From assembly GCA_000934665.2 (NCBI GenBank), contig JYFJ02001619.1, forward strand, positions 1-64,000: a stretch of 64,000 nucleotides of DNA, in the 5' to 3' direction. The stretch is from Catajapyx aquilonaris. Lineage: Eukaryota. The position numbers were made by a program, and so were the translations under genes. The notes beneath the pieces are model-generated. The model did not search any database, had not been told where the DNA came from, and saw only the letters and a program-made list of their open reading frames with translations. The stretch's first letter is position 1. Every line of letters begins with the position of its first letter. Positions 40,103 through 54,296 of the stretch are shown here, one piece after another.

Positions 40103-40399
40103 ATTTATTATTATTATTTTTAACACCCGTGATAGGACCAGGGGCCCTCTTTGGGAGGGGAAGGGGAGGTTCCCAAGGAAGGGAGCTCTTTATAGTCATT
40201 TCTGACCTCCTTAAATACCAGACCTTTTCTCTTGGCCCTGGGCAGAGAAGGGAGTGCAATTATGCCCGGACATGTCGGATGAAAAGCGGAATAGGACCCG
40301 ACCAGGCGAAGGGGACGGGGCATGGATTTGAACCCCGCACCTCCCGCTTGGCTGGCCAGTAGCATAGCCACTACTAAAAATATACCACCATGCCCCGGC
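40103..40399 (-). mobile_element. tRNA-derived SINE, distinct head and body, shared tail variant
   Basis: Minus-strand B box GGTTCAAATCC; tail CCC..GGGCC CCT GGTCC TATCACGGG then (AAT)n; 13-bp TSD GACGTGCGTATAT (40090-40102, 40400-40412). Confidence 0.9.
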
Positions 40400-41998
40400 G
40401 ACGTGCGTATATCATTGAAAACAAGTTGAATAATTTTGTCAAGATAGCCCTTGGCGTCTGTATTTTTATGCCCCTGAATCAATATACGTTTTCATATTAT
40501 ACGTCCGAGAACTTTGGTTTAATCTTGTTTCCTATATGCACCTCGGAGCTTTTCCTGAGCACCAGCTAAGTGGGGACACTGGTCCGTTGGGCTCCCTGTT
40601 GAAAGTTATCGGTAGGAGATTTTCTCTCAAAAGCAGCTTATATATAGAGGCAGAAATGTTATACCCGAAAAAACGTTATACAGGCACTGAAAAGTCCAAA
40701 ACAGGCATACTGTAGGAACATAAAGCAAGCACTGAAAATAGTCGTAAAGCACATTTTTCCATTCGTCATGGTTTAGACTTTCCAATAACACGCACCCATC
40801 TTTAAATTAAGCAACCCTGCGTCTTTGACCCCTCCCCTCGCCACATCCCCATGTAGTGCCCGTTAATGCTTGCGAAACTACTCTAAAATTACACCACGAG
40901 GCCTAACTCGGCTACTTCCCCGGAAATCCGGTGAATGTTGCAATTTGGACAATGCCCGTGGGTCCGAAAACCGCTATCTTTTCCTCCCAAGCGAGTACCC
41001 AAATGGAAGTGGGGAATAGGACACGTGATTTGAAGCCAATTTTTTGGCATAAAGGATTGGCAAAAAATAGTTCCTAACTGGTTCCTAAAATTAATTCGTT
41101 GCGTGGTTGGCTGGGATAACGTTAATCAAGTTAACTTCAGTTAACTTCTTCTAGCATGACGAAAGTTGATATTGTCGCCTGATTTTACTTGTATGATCTT
41201 TTAATAACAGTAAAAAGTGTAATTACCAATTTTTGCCGCCAGGAATCTACTAAATCAATTCAGATTCCCGAGTCCCGCAACAGATGGCGCTGCCGTCGGA
41301 CTATTGTTGGAAGGCTTCTCCGGGTTTTATCTCAACAATGGTGCGATGTTGTGCTCATTGAGCATGTATATTACGGGTGCCTGGCCCTTCTAACAAGGCC
41401 GAATGTGCTCCGTGGTGGTCTTCCGACGGATTCGCTAAAGGGTGCGAGCAGGACTGATACCGCTTTGGCTAGGTCATTCTGCTAACCTGAAAAATAATCT
41501 AAACCGCACGGGGCATAGGCTATACCTTGATCATCAAGGATGGTCTCCCAGGGTGAGCCCTTCCATTGGGTAACTCTTCCATTGCACCACGGTTGGGCTG
41601 ACCCCTGCGATTATCCCGTGTGGATAACTCGGAGTGCATAATCTTTGGTAGTGAGAGACTAGAGTCGCGCTAACCTCCTAATCAATCCAATCAAAAGACA
41701 ATTAATTAGACCACCATCCTATGGTATCAAGTCATCACATGGTTGACCTTCCAACCCAGGGGCGCGTTGTCACAGTAATAAGGGCCTTGGACTATGTCAC
41801 TGGTGACTGTAATCCATACATCGTTGGCATATTTCGTCACTGTTCTGAAGCCAAGTGATGAGTTACATGCACTAACCATTGCGGACAGATACACCGTTTA
41901 ATTGGAGCACGATATTACAAGGTACATTCATATCTAGCATATACTAAAAAGACTCCTGACCTATGAAGGGTCCAATGTATCCAAAGGTCACAATATGC

Positions 41999-42154
41999 GG
42001 AAGGACATTCGCAGAGACGGAATGTGGGTATGGACACTCTGCCTTTCCCCATGTCCTAACCGTCCTTCCCGGTGGATACACGCCTATCCTTCAGCGGATA
42101 CATGCCTAGGAGAGTAGGTAAAAGTGCGGGGTCTCCCGATACGAAAGCGTAGCT
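41999..42154 (+). mobile_element. subterminal-IR element with internal 22-bp repeats, copy 3 (2 units)
   Basis: GGAAGGACATTCG..GAGAC ... GTCTCCCGATACGAAAGCGTAGC. Confidence 0.8.
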
Positions 42155-45100
42155 CAATATGCAACACGGCTCAGTAAAGAGCATTTGAAAGTTTCAAATG
42201 GCTAGGCATGACAGAGTAAACGAAGTAGGCTATGTCTCAAACCTTTCAGAATGTCATTTATGTTTCATTAAACTTCAGCAAATTAGACGAAAACTTACAC
42301 CCAGTTGTATGATGGCTAATTAAGGGAAAAAATCTCCCATGATGTAGGCCTATAGGTATTCAAAATACACAATCAGATATTCAATCTTAATTTGAGTTAG
42401 TACAACCGCCCCTTACTCCACAAGTTCCCTCTTTCCACACATCACCGAAGTTTGCTTAAGTACGATATCAAGGTCTATTATTTGTTTATAAATAAATAGA
42501 GCTATTATTCCTGAAGTACATACAAAACGTGTCGACACAACAAAATGTGTAATTTTTTTCCGATTCCGGCACTGTAAAACACCAGCTAAAATACGAGTTG
42601 AAGAATACATTCTGCCGCAGCCGACCACAAAAACATGTGCCCTATGACGTGTGTGTCGTCCTTCCTCAAGTGTGTCAAGTGAAACATTTTGGAGTGTCTT
42701 TGCACAAAACAAAGACATGCAGTGTGTCAAATCACATGTCATTTGCAAGAAACCTTTGGCGAGATTGGTTGACACGTTTTTGTGTGTCATATGACGTCTA
42801 TAGTTCTGCGTCGACAATATTTCTTCGTTTTATGTGTACAGTTATTTCGAAGAAAAGCGGATGTAGTAATACACAGAGCTGACGGGGAAATGTCGGAAAA
42901 AGTGGAAGGGACAGGAAATGAAGCATCACGTTGGTGTATCCGGGGATTTTCTCCTGGACTAGTTGCGGAGTTCTCTTTACCCTGCAGTTTATTCGCCACA
43001 TTATCTTTTAAGAGCCCTAGTCAGGTCTCCCTGGGTAATTTACCCACTGGGTTATTACTGTGGCAACCTATATAAATTGTTAGAATAAACAAGTTAACCA
43101 AGTGGGTAAGCTACCAAGATGACCATATTAGGGGAATGAAATCCGTGAAGAGTTCCCGTTCTTTGGAAACATTGCTGACCATACGTTTTTATATATTCAT
43201 ATAAATGAGTACCAAGACTGATACTATTTATCACAGAAGAAAATACGAAGACAGCTATCAGTGGATAAGCTTAACGCAGACATCCTGTAGTCCCACTGTG
43301 TGATGAAATAATGAACTTTCAACACATACCCATCCTTTGCTCCTGGGACTCCATGAAGGTTTTTGGCTGACAACATCCAGCAGAGCTTCCCCCATACCGG
43401 TCCTCGCTGACACAAGCTTGTCGCCACCAGTTATCTCCAGGTTTCGACCCTAGAGAAGCATTGAAAAAGGTTATCAGAAGTTCCAGGAAGGATAAAAGGT
43501 GGAACGCTACGATCACTCCTGGAAGTCTCCCTAGAGATGCACTGGCAAAATGTTTGGGTGGGAATTATAACAACCTCGGCTCTCCAGCTTACATCCCCTT
43601 GCAAAACCCGAGCGACATTATGACTCTGCTTTCCGGGGGAGACCCGAGAGAAAGAGGGGGAGGGAGGGGACACCTCCTCCTCTCTCATTGCCCCCCCCCC
43701 CCCAAATTGCGAAATAATTATGAAATAGTGCGGGAATAAATTGGCCCAACTAGCTATGTTTTGCGCCCAGCCCCAGTGTACGTACCGTTCACTCCTTTCC
43801 TACCCTCCTTTGTCTGGTGGCCATTTCAACGGCCCCTCCCCCGCCACTCTACCCAGTTTTGGCGAAACGGACGCTAGATAACGTCAGACAGTCGGCGTTA
43901 GGAGGAGGAAACTTGTGCGATGGATGGCAACAAGGGACGATCCCGGGATCTACTGTACCGGTACTTTATCGGAACCCGCTCCCCAGCCCAAATTTCCGAC
44001 TGCTGCTACTACAATAGTACATATACTATGCAATATAGCCTGGCTATAAGTATACTCTAGCATGTGGCCGGATGCCAACATTTTTTTCCCCCCTTCATGT
44101 GCTTTCTTTAGTAATATACACTATACAGTGTACTGTATAATGATGGGGGTAGATAGTATGAAGATCACTGTCTGGCACCGTTGTTCATGTTGGCGTCTGA
44201 GCGCATACAGTAAAATATATTGTGTTACAAAGTTTATAACTGTAGGATCTCTGCTTGGACCTTTCATAAATGCCCATTCCCTTCACTTGGACTGTTGACT
44301 TGCCCTCCTACCGAAAAAAGCAAATCAAAACTCGGCAATAATTGACAAAATTATATCCATTCATGTATAGTTACTGATAAATTATTGTCCATAAATCTCG
44401 GACGAAAATCCAACGAGTTTCTCCTAAAAATAATAAACGTAGCTGTATCTCGAGAACAAGTACTTTTGTATAAATGTGAATTTAGGGCAACATGAAATAA
44501 ATATACCGTAGATATATGAAAGGTGGCATCGAAAATTTTTCATATTTAAAAGGCCCCTCTTGTGCATACTACAGTATACTCACGACATAGTATGACAGGG
44601 CTGTGACAGCTGGTTCCGCTTGCGGGAATGCACATTTTGGGGGAATATTTCCACACTTGGTAAATGTTTGACAGTCTAATGCCGGCCTGCTTGAGGGCTG
44701 TGGCTTCATAATAAACATTTACATTTTACATTCTAACAGGAGGAGTGTAATATGTCCATTTAATGCCAAAGTAGGAAAACTCCATTTCTGTAAATGCAAG
44801 CTGTTACTTTGTTTGTATAATTCAGATGCTACTGATAGGTAGCCAGCACAGAAAGTTTAAAAATATATATTGTGACTCTAGATTTTTTAAAATAAATTCG
44901 AGCGATTAATGTAAAACCATGAAATACGAAGAAAAGCATTACGACCTGGGCATACGACCATGCATTATTATAAAATGAAAATATTTGCTTATATGAACAA
45001 GATTTTTTAAGTCTTTGCAGTGTGGGGCAGACTGAATCGATAGGTGAGGGATAGGTTATGCTGGACCACATGATCTGAATAGGCAACAGGATGTTCAACT

Positions 45101-45236
45101 GTGGCTTATGGGCACATTTCCATTTATGGCCTACCAATCGAGAGAAGGGAGGAAAAAGAGAACATGAAAAAAAAACCAAGAGGGCATGACGCACTTTATT
45201 GCCAGACTCAGACGTTAGACGTGAACTTGATATATA

Positions 45237-46124
45237 CGAGGGCATATCAAAAAGTTTTGGCCCCGAGACACTACCAATAAGCAGAGGAGGATTATTTTAT
45301 TTTCACTCCTCTACATAGTCCCCTCACACTGCCACACACTTGCACCAGCGGTGCTACAGCCTTCGGATACCATGGAGGAAGAAGTTCTTGTCGACCCCTC
45401 CCAACCACTCGTCCACAGCCGCCAAAGTGTCGTCCACGAACTCTTTCCTTTGGGCTTTCGTCTCCGGGTCATAATGTTGAATCCAGCTTTCATCCTGGGT
45501 GACATACCAAGCAAGGAAGTCATCAGGGTTTGCGAGGAAGAGGGCAAGGGCAGCCTCGGAAAGAGTCACACGTGAGCGCTTCTGGTCTGGCATGGGCACC
45601 CATCTCACACAAACCTTGTGGAATCCCAACGTGTCGGTCAGGATGTTGTGGACCGACCCATATGAGATGCCCACAGCGGTGGCCAATTCGTGGACAGTGA
45701 TCCGACGATCTGCCAACATCAGGTCGTGGACTTTCCACTGTTGTCGGCGTTGTTGGGCGCCCAGAGCGGGGGTTGTCTTCAAGTCGCTCTCTTCCCAGTT
45801 TGAAGTCGCGAACCCAGTTCTTGACTGTGGTGTATGGTGGAGCATCATCACCCACTGTTTCTCGCATGTCTTCGTAAATCTCCTTTGCCGACATCCCCTT
45901 CTTTATGAGGTACTTGATAACAGAGCGATACTCAATTTTCTCCATTGTCAGCAGCGTCCAACACCTTGCTGTCTTCTCGGAGCTGTAACTTTGCAATGAA
46001 TTATGCAATCGCATTGACACTTGCACCTGGCACTAGTAGTAGATGTGCCTACTATATGTTGGCAGCACAGTCCAAGGGGATGTGTCCATCTGTCTCAGGG
46101 CCAAAACTTTTTGATATGCCCTCG
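45237..46124 (-). mobile_element. internally deleted mariner element (irritans subfamily, Himar1/Bytmar1-like)
   Basis: 34-bp TIRs CGAGGGCATATCAAAAAGTTTTGGCCC(C/T)GAGACA (33/34 identical); TA TSD at 45235-45236 and 46125-46126; 888 bp. Confidence 0.97.
45303..45945 (-). pseudogene. mariner transposase pseudogene
   Basis: MEKIEYRSVIKYL..EDNPRSGRP, frameshift near 45733, ..DRRITV..KVCVRWVP..YVTQDESWIQHYDPETK, deletion of the rest of the catalytic domain, then ..GIRRL*HRWCKCVAV*GDYVEE*. Confidence 0.95.
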
Positions 46125-49100
46125 TACTTGTATGTCATTGGCTAATAAAGAATATATTTTGTTAATTTATAACTTTACTATCCTTTTTAAGTGTTTCATA
46201 TTATACATTAAATCACCTTGCTTCGTGATATGACTCAACCTGCCCCTCACCCTGCAATCACAAACTTGCATCTGTACCTAATACAATTATTAGTATAAGG
46301 GTGCTTTAAGAAATGAACAATTCTAAATTTTGTGAAGTAGTAATGAAGTGGGAAGTGCATAGCTTCAAGATTGATAGCAATGTGAGCAAACATGAAAAGA
46401 TATTTTCCGAAGTGATTGAAATATAATAATGATTCAACCGCTCATGCTCTCCCATAACATGTTTACATACATTTTTCACCTTATTACTTTTCTCATTTTA
46501 TGTAGCAGAAGCAGGATGAATGAGCATGTGACGAGCACTCTAGGCCTTCAAATTAATCTTTCTGGTGGCTAAACTATAGTTAAGATCACTTGGACCATGG
46601 ATTGTTTTGAGAATGCTCAGAGACATCTCATTGGAATTGTTGGAGAAGGGCGCACATCGCACAGCAATGTCTGGTTGAACAAGACAGCATTTAGACAGGC
46701 ATTATTCTAACAAAAAGTGTCGAACAGGTCAAGTGGGACATTGTTGAGTATACATACCGTAGTCCAGACCACGGTCCAGACCTTCTTCAGAGTAACATTC
46801 ACTTGTTTCGCCACCTACATAAATATTTTGGCAGGAAAGAGTCTACTCTCTCAATTAGAAGGAATGAAATTGTCAGCTCTAAAAAAGAGTGGAACCAAAT
46901 AAAGCGTAAAATTTCACATTTTGAGTGAAAAACGACACCTTTGAATAACATATGTGGAATAACAATATGGAAGTTCTATGTGAGCACTAAAATATTGATA
47001 TTTGTCGTGTGTATTAATTGATAATCATTTAGTTCGCTGCATCGTGTTCTTTTATTCGCACCAGTTTGCAATGGAAATTTTATTTCCAAAACAAATAATA
47101 CCGCATGTGCCCATATCTTTCGGTTCTACAGTCCCAGCTATTTTTGTTGACTTCTCAGAAGTTTCCTCATAATAAAATGCGCCCACTCTTGCGCCTTGGC
47201 ATCAATGACCGACATAAAAGAATGTGATTTTCATTGTCACACAGACAACATCTGACCCACTTGTCATTGTCGTCTCCTGAGAGGAAGGAACAGGAAAGGG
47301 GGGGGGGAGGTATCCCAGAAATTTGCACTGTAAACTCTCTCTCCCCGCCCAAGTTGGAAGCTTACGCATTAGAATCCACAACAGCAGCTGCTGCGATTTG
47401 GAACTAGAGTCGGATCCGATTATTTTCAAACTTGGCGCTCCTCGAGTAAAATAGATCAAGAAGTTCGATTAATTAAAGAGATAAGACGGCATTATCCTCG
47501 ACATGGCGAGGTGCAGATGACAAATGTCAGCCGAAGATAGGGCTCCGTCTGCTGCAGTTATTAATTATTCTTTCGCGAGTTTGAGTCGGGGGTGGAGACA
47601 ACTGCAAAGGAATGGTGGCAATGACGAAGACGACACTTTGACCTATACTGTTTAGGTGGGAATAAGAGACGCGTCTGAAGGTAGAACTCTTGCAAACATT
47701 CGTGTCACGGTTAGTGAATCAGGCAGCGAGGAAGTTGAACCAAACGTCTTTTGGACCTGAGGATGGATGGATTTCGAGATTTCTGATACGGCGACTGAAA
47801 GGCGATAAAACTGGATGAGAAGCGTAGGGCTGAAAGATAAGGGTGGGGATGAGGGGGAAGCGAAGATGGTTATTAACTTTGGCACTTAGGATTTAAACAT
47901 TCCGGCCGGATGAGCTAGGGGAATTTGTGGAACGCGATTTCATGTTTTGTTTGGGGAATTGTTATATAAGAAGGATATTAGGCCTATAATTATGATGAAG
48001 TCCTTGAAGATGTGACAACCCTGCACCACCATTCCAAGCTCAACGGTAGAGGTCATGTGGGTGCTGTAGTTTTACTTGTAAATCGCACCAAAATTATCAG
48101 ATATAAACATAGCAACAGCAGAAGTTGGGCGTATCCAGTTGATGTAAACACAGAAAGAAAAATAATGTGATAATGTTAGGACTGGAGTTTGTGGAAAACA
48201 AGAAGAGATTTATGAGATTAACTTGAGTGGCTCTGCGGTATATCCGACAGCAGGAAATGAATATGACCTTACTAAACCTTTGCTAGACAAGCCATTATGC
48301 AAGTCTATAGCGTGGTTTTTTTAAAGCATTGCAGGATAATCGCAAGGATATCCTGATACACCCTCTTTGAACAGTGGCACCAGCGAGCAATTTATTGACT
48401 TTTTATCTCTGGAATCGGTTTCCCAATTTATAGCTCCTAGTGGAAGAAATAAAATATACGGAGGAGTCCGGCAGGCCTTTCCGGAACATTTCTTGAAAAC
48501 CATACAATTACGTGTTACGCCCCTGAAAATATTGCCGTTGAAACCACAATGATAGTTATAAGAATGTCATATCAATGACAATGTAATATGCTTTCTTAAG
48601 AATCACATCTCGTTCTTCTTTATTCGCCAATATATCGGGTTACAAGAAAATGTTACAAAAGTCGACCCGGCTTAGTTTAAAAAAAAAATCTATGATGATA
48701 TCAATGTTAACAAATCTCTCGGTAGGTGCAGCGGAAAATTTCCAAGGAGCTGGTTCTAAGATATGAAAGGAATTGGGGGCTTAGCGCTATCGTTTCCGAC
48801 CGTGTCCTCTTTGATTCGTAGGGAAGCCATTGTGACAAGATGTGCAGATTCTGGCCTCTCCGATTCGCTTCCAAGAGGCTTACTCCATCCGGAGCTAAGT
48901 TGCGGAGGTTTCTCTTGAGGTTCCGGATATTACCCTCATCCTCACTCATCCCCCGATGCAGGTACTTAGGTTCACTGGCTTCTGATACTCCATAGAAATC
49001 TTCGCGTGAATAAGCACTTCAGGGGACAATACAATCATAGAGGATAATAATATCGTCAGGCAATATAATGCTGTGACTTCTAGCCCCGGGGGGCATTCGG

Positions 49101-49260
49101 AGGGTTTTGATAACAGCACACCGCAACACAAATGGGATTAGACTATTCAGAACCAAATTGGATCAGTGTTGTAAAGACGACTGTCAGACACGTTGGTTTT
49201 TCGGTTCATTATTATTTAGGAATATGATGGTATCATATTACGTCCTGTACGCCCAAATTA

Positions 49261-49471
49261 CAGTACCTAACTCCACAAAAAATAGGCGTGTACTTAATAT
49301 TGCGATATCCAAGGTAGGGTTTCGAAAGAGCATTTCTTTTGTACCGCACTGTACCAACCGATCCCCCACAGCCCTCTGTTCTACCAATCAGATCGCTCAG
49401 GGTGACTGGTGGGGAGTGGAGGGGGCGAGGTCGCTTAATCCCTTTTTTGAGACGTTATGCTGTGGATGCTG
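49261..49471. mobile_element. un-interrupted sister copy of the 21591 MITE
   Basis: TA|CAGTACC..ATATTGCGA..GGTAGGGTTTCGAAAGAG..CCCTCTGTTCTACCAATCAGATCGCTCAGGG..AGGTCGCTTAATCCCTTTTTTGAGACGTTATGCT. Confidence 0.8.
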
Positions 49472-52240
49472 AAAATAGTTTCAAATAATAGTTTTATTGC
49501 ACATTTCTGTCCATCCTCCTGGCATCAACCAGTTGTTGAAAATGATTAATTATTATTATTACCAAATAGTAACGGACGCCACCTTGAAACTAGAATTCGC
49601 ACAATAACAAAAAAAAATTGGGAACAGCAGTTTGAACAACAAAATTAACTTACAAGTGGGCAATTCGTCTAAAGTGAAAGATAAAGCGGCAGTTGATAGG
49701 CTTCTCCTCGAGAAAAGCACCTCTGCAGAGACATCTGTCTTGAGGAACAAAGCGAGCGCCTCAGTCACAAATTCACTTCCAAACGATAAAAAAGGAGGAG
49801 GAGGATCATTGTACGACTCGAGTTTTTATGGTACCTCTGATCGCCTTCCTGAATTGCCGCAAACACGGTGACGGTCAACAAGAGTTCTAATAATTTTAGG
49901 GCCGTTAACCCCTCAACTGCTGTAGCAATCATAATTGAAAATCATGACATTTATCAGACAAGTTATTTTTGCAATAATTTTGTCCAACAAAAGAGCAGAA
50001 AAAAAGGAAGGAAAGGGAATTATGGATATGATTATTACTACAGCACTTTAGTAGTGTTTTAGGACGAAGCTGCTTTATCTTGGGTTCAACTTGGAAATTG
50101 CCCATGCAACTGTGAGGAAGGGGTGGAGGAGAAGGGAGGAATTGAGGATAAAATGCCCGATTTCCACCCCCTTCTACCGCTTCTCCCCTACCCTTTTCTC
50201 TGTTCTCATACATGCACTTTTCTGCCCGATAAATCCTGTTAAAGGTCGTAAAGATTATGCTTCGCTTTAACCATTTCTACTCGGGGAAAAGCAACGGCTC
50301 CCTAACAGCTTCCGAGGATATTCCATCAGCGCCATTCCCGTTATGATCGCCTGGCCATTTTCTGGCGTCAGTTTGGTGCCGTAAAGCTCTGCAGTCGATT
50401 CGTTGGAATTATCCTAGGTCATTCTTAGCCCTTTCTACATCGGGCATATCTGGAAACAAGAAACCGAATACAATCCACAGTTTGAATGTTTGCATTGGCA
50501 TTGATAGAAATTGCCGGATTTTATGAGTTCTTATATGGAAGGTCCCTACAACTAGGTGTCTTTTAGGCAATGTTTGCATATGTAAGCACAATTTAAAATT
50601 TGAGAATAGTGCTATCAAGCAGTGTTTACTACTTAGGGATATTCGTGCTGAAATTCCTTTGGGATTTTTCACTCCACTGCACTGCACAATATCAACTCTA
50701 TACGTATACCGGTACATGAGTGTGTTTTGTAGCGGGCCATAGAATAGGCAGAATAGGGATCAAAGTCAGCGTGAAATGAGCGATTCGATTATAATCTTAC
50801 AGTCGCATTATAAAAATGCATTCTTTGGAGCCTTCATTTTATGGAATGTTCAAATGCAGTGCATTGCTAATTTTGACGGGGGTGTCCTTCTTTGTCGATC
50901 GTTCCGCGCATAATTATAATGATGACGCAAATGCCGCGTCCAACCAATTAGGCTGCTGCTGTGTATACACCCTCCGGAGACAATGTTACGCTGCAAATTG
51001 CGCCCAGCAATTTTATTCGCGTTCGTTTGATCAGCGTGATAGAAGTTTGGCACCTCCGCCTACCAAAGCGACTGATGATTCTTCATGTCAAACATGTGTA
51101 TTAGGGAAACTTGCAACTGCGATGAGTTATACCTCTTTTATGTAACGCTTGGTAAAATTAATCACCCGTTCCTCCCATTTTAATTTTGAACTGTCATATT
51201 ATGTACCTCCAATAGTACATAATCAAGACAAGGGGGACGGAGACGGTGTATAAACTCTCATTAAAGTCCAAGTTAATGGCTTTCAGGATTAATAGTAGTG
51301 TAGCTGATGTGCAGAGCACAGAATTAACGCGCTTTTCCATTTAGGTATTGAAATCATGGCGAGTGTGCTAGTGTGGCCCACATTGGCAGTTTATTTGGAA
51401 AGCGACGAAAGCTAACATGCGCCCACACTCATTCGGATATAGGCCTGCAGAAGATGAGAAATTACTTGTGGACCTGATTGCACTCCGTAGAACATACGTT
51501 TGAGTTAAACAAAGTGGGTTCCACTATTTCACACCTTACAGTGGTGTAGGCCTAAATAACTCAAAACTGTCAATATTGGCGGATTTCTCCTCCATGCTGG
51601 CGATATGAATGGTTAATATGCTATTTAAAAGAACGTAAGTGCGACATGTGCGACAACAATCGTCCGGCCAAAAACAAAGATATTTGTTCATCTGACTAAT
51701 AGCGTCGCATCCATTTTCTTTGTTTTTCACGGACGGAGCTTCCCTCTCTGCTCAGGCTTATTAGTGCTGATGTCTGGCTCTTAGTCCAAGTGCCCTTCTT
51801 CCTGCAGATGAACCTTGATTGTTGTCAGAAATGCTCAGAATCCTCATAGGTCATCTTTAACGGCGCTCTTCACGTCTGGGCCAACTGCGCCGGTTCGTGT
51901 TCCGGACGGTTACATGCCAGCGATGACTAAAACGGCCATGATTCACAAGTATGGTACCCGTGTATAATATGGAGGAAAAGTCACCGAACCGACGACCTCA
52001 CCACTCATCCACTTAGCAACGTTGTTCCAGTCCTAGATTTCAATATTGCTCCGTCTGCTACTAGAGCTTGCACTCAGGCGTAGCTACTCATTCGGCCAGT
52101 AGTTGAACTAAGCCCTGTCAGCCTTACCAGTGGCCATCACAACTTGTAGTCACCGAGCACTGTACAATGATGCCTTTCCTATACAATGTCTTTTCATGGC
52201 ACTTACCTTTCCTCCAATTGAATGGTGGTTTTACACTTTT

Positions 52241-52267
52241 TCGAAGAAAAAAGTCTTATAGAACGGT

Positions 52268-52312
<45 letters not shown>

Positions 52313-52354
52313 GGACAGGTATCAGACAGAGCCGTGCTATAAGACTTTTTCCGA
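52241..52354. mobile_element. ~110-bp inverted-repeat element enclosing a (TCTG)n microsatellite
   Basis: AAAGTCTTATAGAACGGTTCTGTCTG / CAGACAGAGCCGTGCTATAAGACTTT (24/26) around about 10 TCTG units. Confidence 0.7.
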
Positions 52355-53676
52355 TTTTCTGGTTCCGGGTTCATTCAATCCGCCCCTTCCCCCTGGCTGC
52401 TCCCTCCCTCCCCCCACCGCCTCCTCCCCCAGATCACCCTTTCCCCCTCCCAGTCCCGTGACTGGCATTGGGGACAATAGCAGTAAACATGAAAAGTCAA
52501 CTCTAATCACGCTCACGTGATTTGCCAATCTTGTTTAAATTTCGCAGCGTGCTGCTCCGGATTGTGGTTGGGAACTGTGGAGCGACGCCAGCGCCAAATC
52601 GTAAACCCCCATAGGTGAGGGCGAGCAACTAAGCTCACGGGGGTGTCCGTACGGCTGGAGTAGGAGTGACAGGGGGCTGGTTCTACAGCTACATTTTGTT
52701 ATTTTCGCCAATGGAGTACAATTCGCTGTCAAAGGAGTCTCTCGCGAGAACGTGGAAATTCGCTCATTTAATTTTCATCCTGCAAGTTAACTAAGGCAGT
52801 GAAGGACAACCTCCCGTCTTTCTCGATGCAAGCAGACGAGTCCTAAAGGGTGTGTAATTGCAAAATAATTATTCAGCCCGCTGCGATGGGCTAAGGTGTA
52901 CAAGAAGGTGGAGAGGGTTGAGAAAGTGGTACCCCGTCTCTTCTCTTCGGCTACCAATCAAGTTCATTTAGGAATGCCGTATTCGGTGGCTCGCAGCTAC
53001 ACACTGTAGAAGGATAGGAGGAGGGGGATAGGAGAGATGCAAAGGCAAGGAAAGTTGGTCCTTCTAATGAGAACCCGGGGGAGTGAGTGAGGCGTCCGGA
53101 GGCAATGGCGCCAGCACGGGAACGCTTCAAGTGAAACCTCAGTCGAGGTGATTCTGTCTGAAGCTTTGTGCAAGGCAAAGTAATTTGAGGGAAGTGATTC
53201 GTATCTCCTGAAGGCAATCCACCAGTCTCCCCCCTTCTCCTCCCAGCCTTCTTCTCTACCTCCCCATTCCCTCTCCTCCTTTCCCCACCCTACCACCACT
53301 CGCAAAGTTAGGCAAATTAGAGGGAGCACGAGGCAGGGCCGTTCAATCTGGAGGCAAGGCTTCGTTATTTTACAATCAAAGTGGATCGCAATTTGGGGAG
53401 AGAAAGTTGGTGAGAAAAAGGGGAAGTTCACAATTTGCGTTTATGGGCCACCCAACATTGGTCGGAGTGCAGGTACGGTCGAAATATTTCCGGAGGTACG
53501 TGGGGCCCGAGTCGCTTTGAATACCCGTGTCGATCAACATGCCATGTTTCCAGTGAACGCGCTCGTGGATATACAGGGAGAGGTATATACTATTGCTTAT
53601 GCTTACCGCGATAGGGTCGATTATGTGATCAACTTGGCTTATAATTGGAAGCTGCTTGCAAGTGGGTAACCACTTC

Positions 53677-53769
53677 GGTACTCCAGTGTACACCTGCACT
53701 GGTACACCCAGGTACTCTTCGGTAGGCTACTCCTTAGGTACTCCTTACATTTGGTACTCCAGTGTACAC
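53677..53769 (+). repeat. GGTACTC-motif degenerate minisatellite bounded by a 17-bp direct repeat
   Basis: GGTACTCCAGTGTACAC at 53677 and 53753, with several GGTAC/TACTC variants between. Confidence 0.7.
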
Positions 53770-53885
53770 TTTACAGTCGAGTGGTTAACTCCTTGGCTGC
53801 TTACTTGTCTTATGGTTCCTGATGTGATGGCTGCCATGTTATGCGGTGAATTTGCTGACAGTCTAACGTACATTTTATTCGAATA

Positions 53886-54097
53886 TAGGTGTTCCAAATT
53901 GTGGATCGTTTTTTATAACTGATGATATCGCCCGATAGCAGTTATTTTTGTAGCTTGTTGTGCCCTGAACCAGGTGCCCCACTAGAGCAACTGCTACATT
54001 CGACCCCCTGGGAGTAATAGGGAACCTGGATCGGGGCACAACAAGCTACGAGAAATAACTGCTATCGGGCAATATCAGTTATATTTGGAACTCCCTG
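53886..54097. mobile_element. CAGGGTGTTCCAAATTCG-family MITE, copy 2
   Basis: Homologous to 36774; ends TTTGGAACTCCCTG|TA; small deletion in the right TIR. Confidence 0.88.
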
Positions 54098-54296
54098 TAT
54101 TATTCCTTATCCTCCCACACATTCATCTACTGCTGGCTCTTGATCACTTTGGATCTGTCTTCAGAGGCCATCTACCCATTAAGACGGAAATAGACATGTC
54201 CGATGTAGTGCATCGCAATTTACCAGTGTGCCAAGCTGTGTATAAAGCCGAATAAAAATAATTTCGCTCTCTCAAGTGCTATTAACAATAACTATA

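Noticed and set aside
41270..41774. Possible solo LTR ending ..GTTGTCACA (similar impressions at 17270-17690 and 34440-34770)
   Set aside because: No matching TG start with a 4-6-bp TSD, and no PBS, PPT or second copy.
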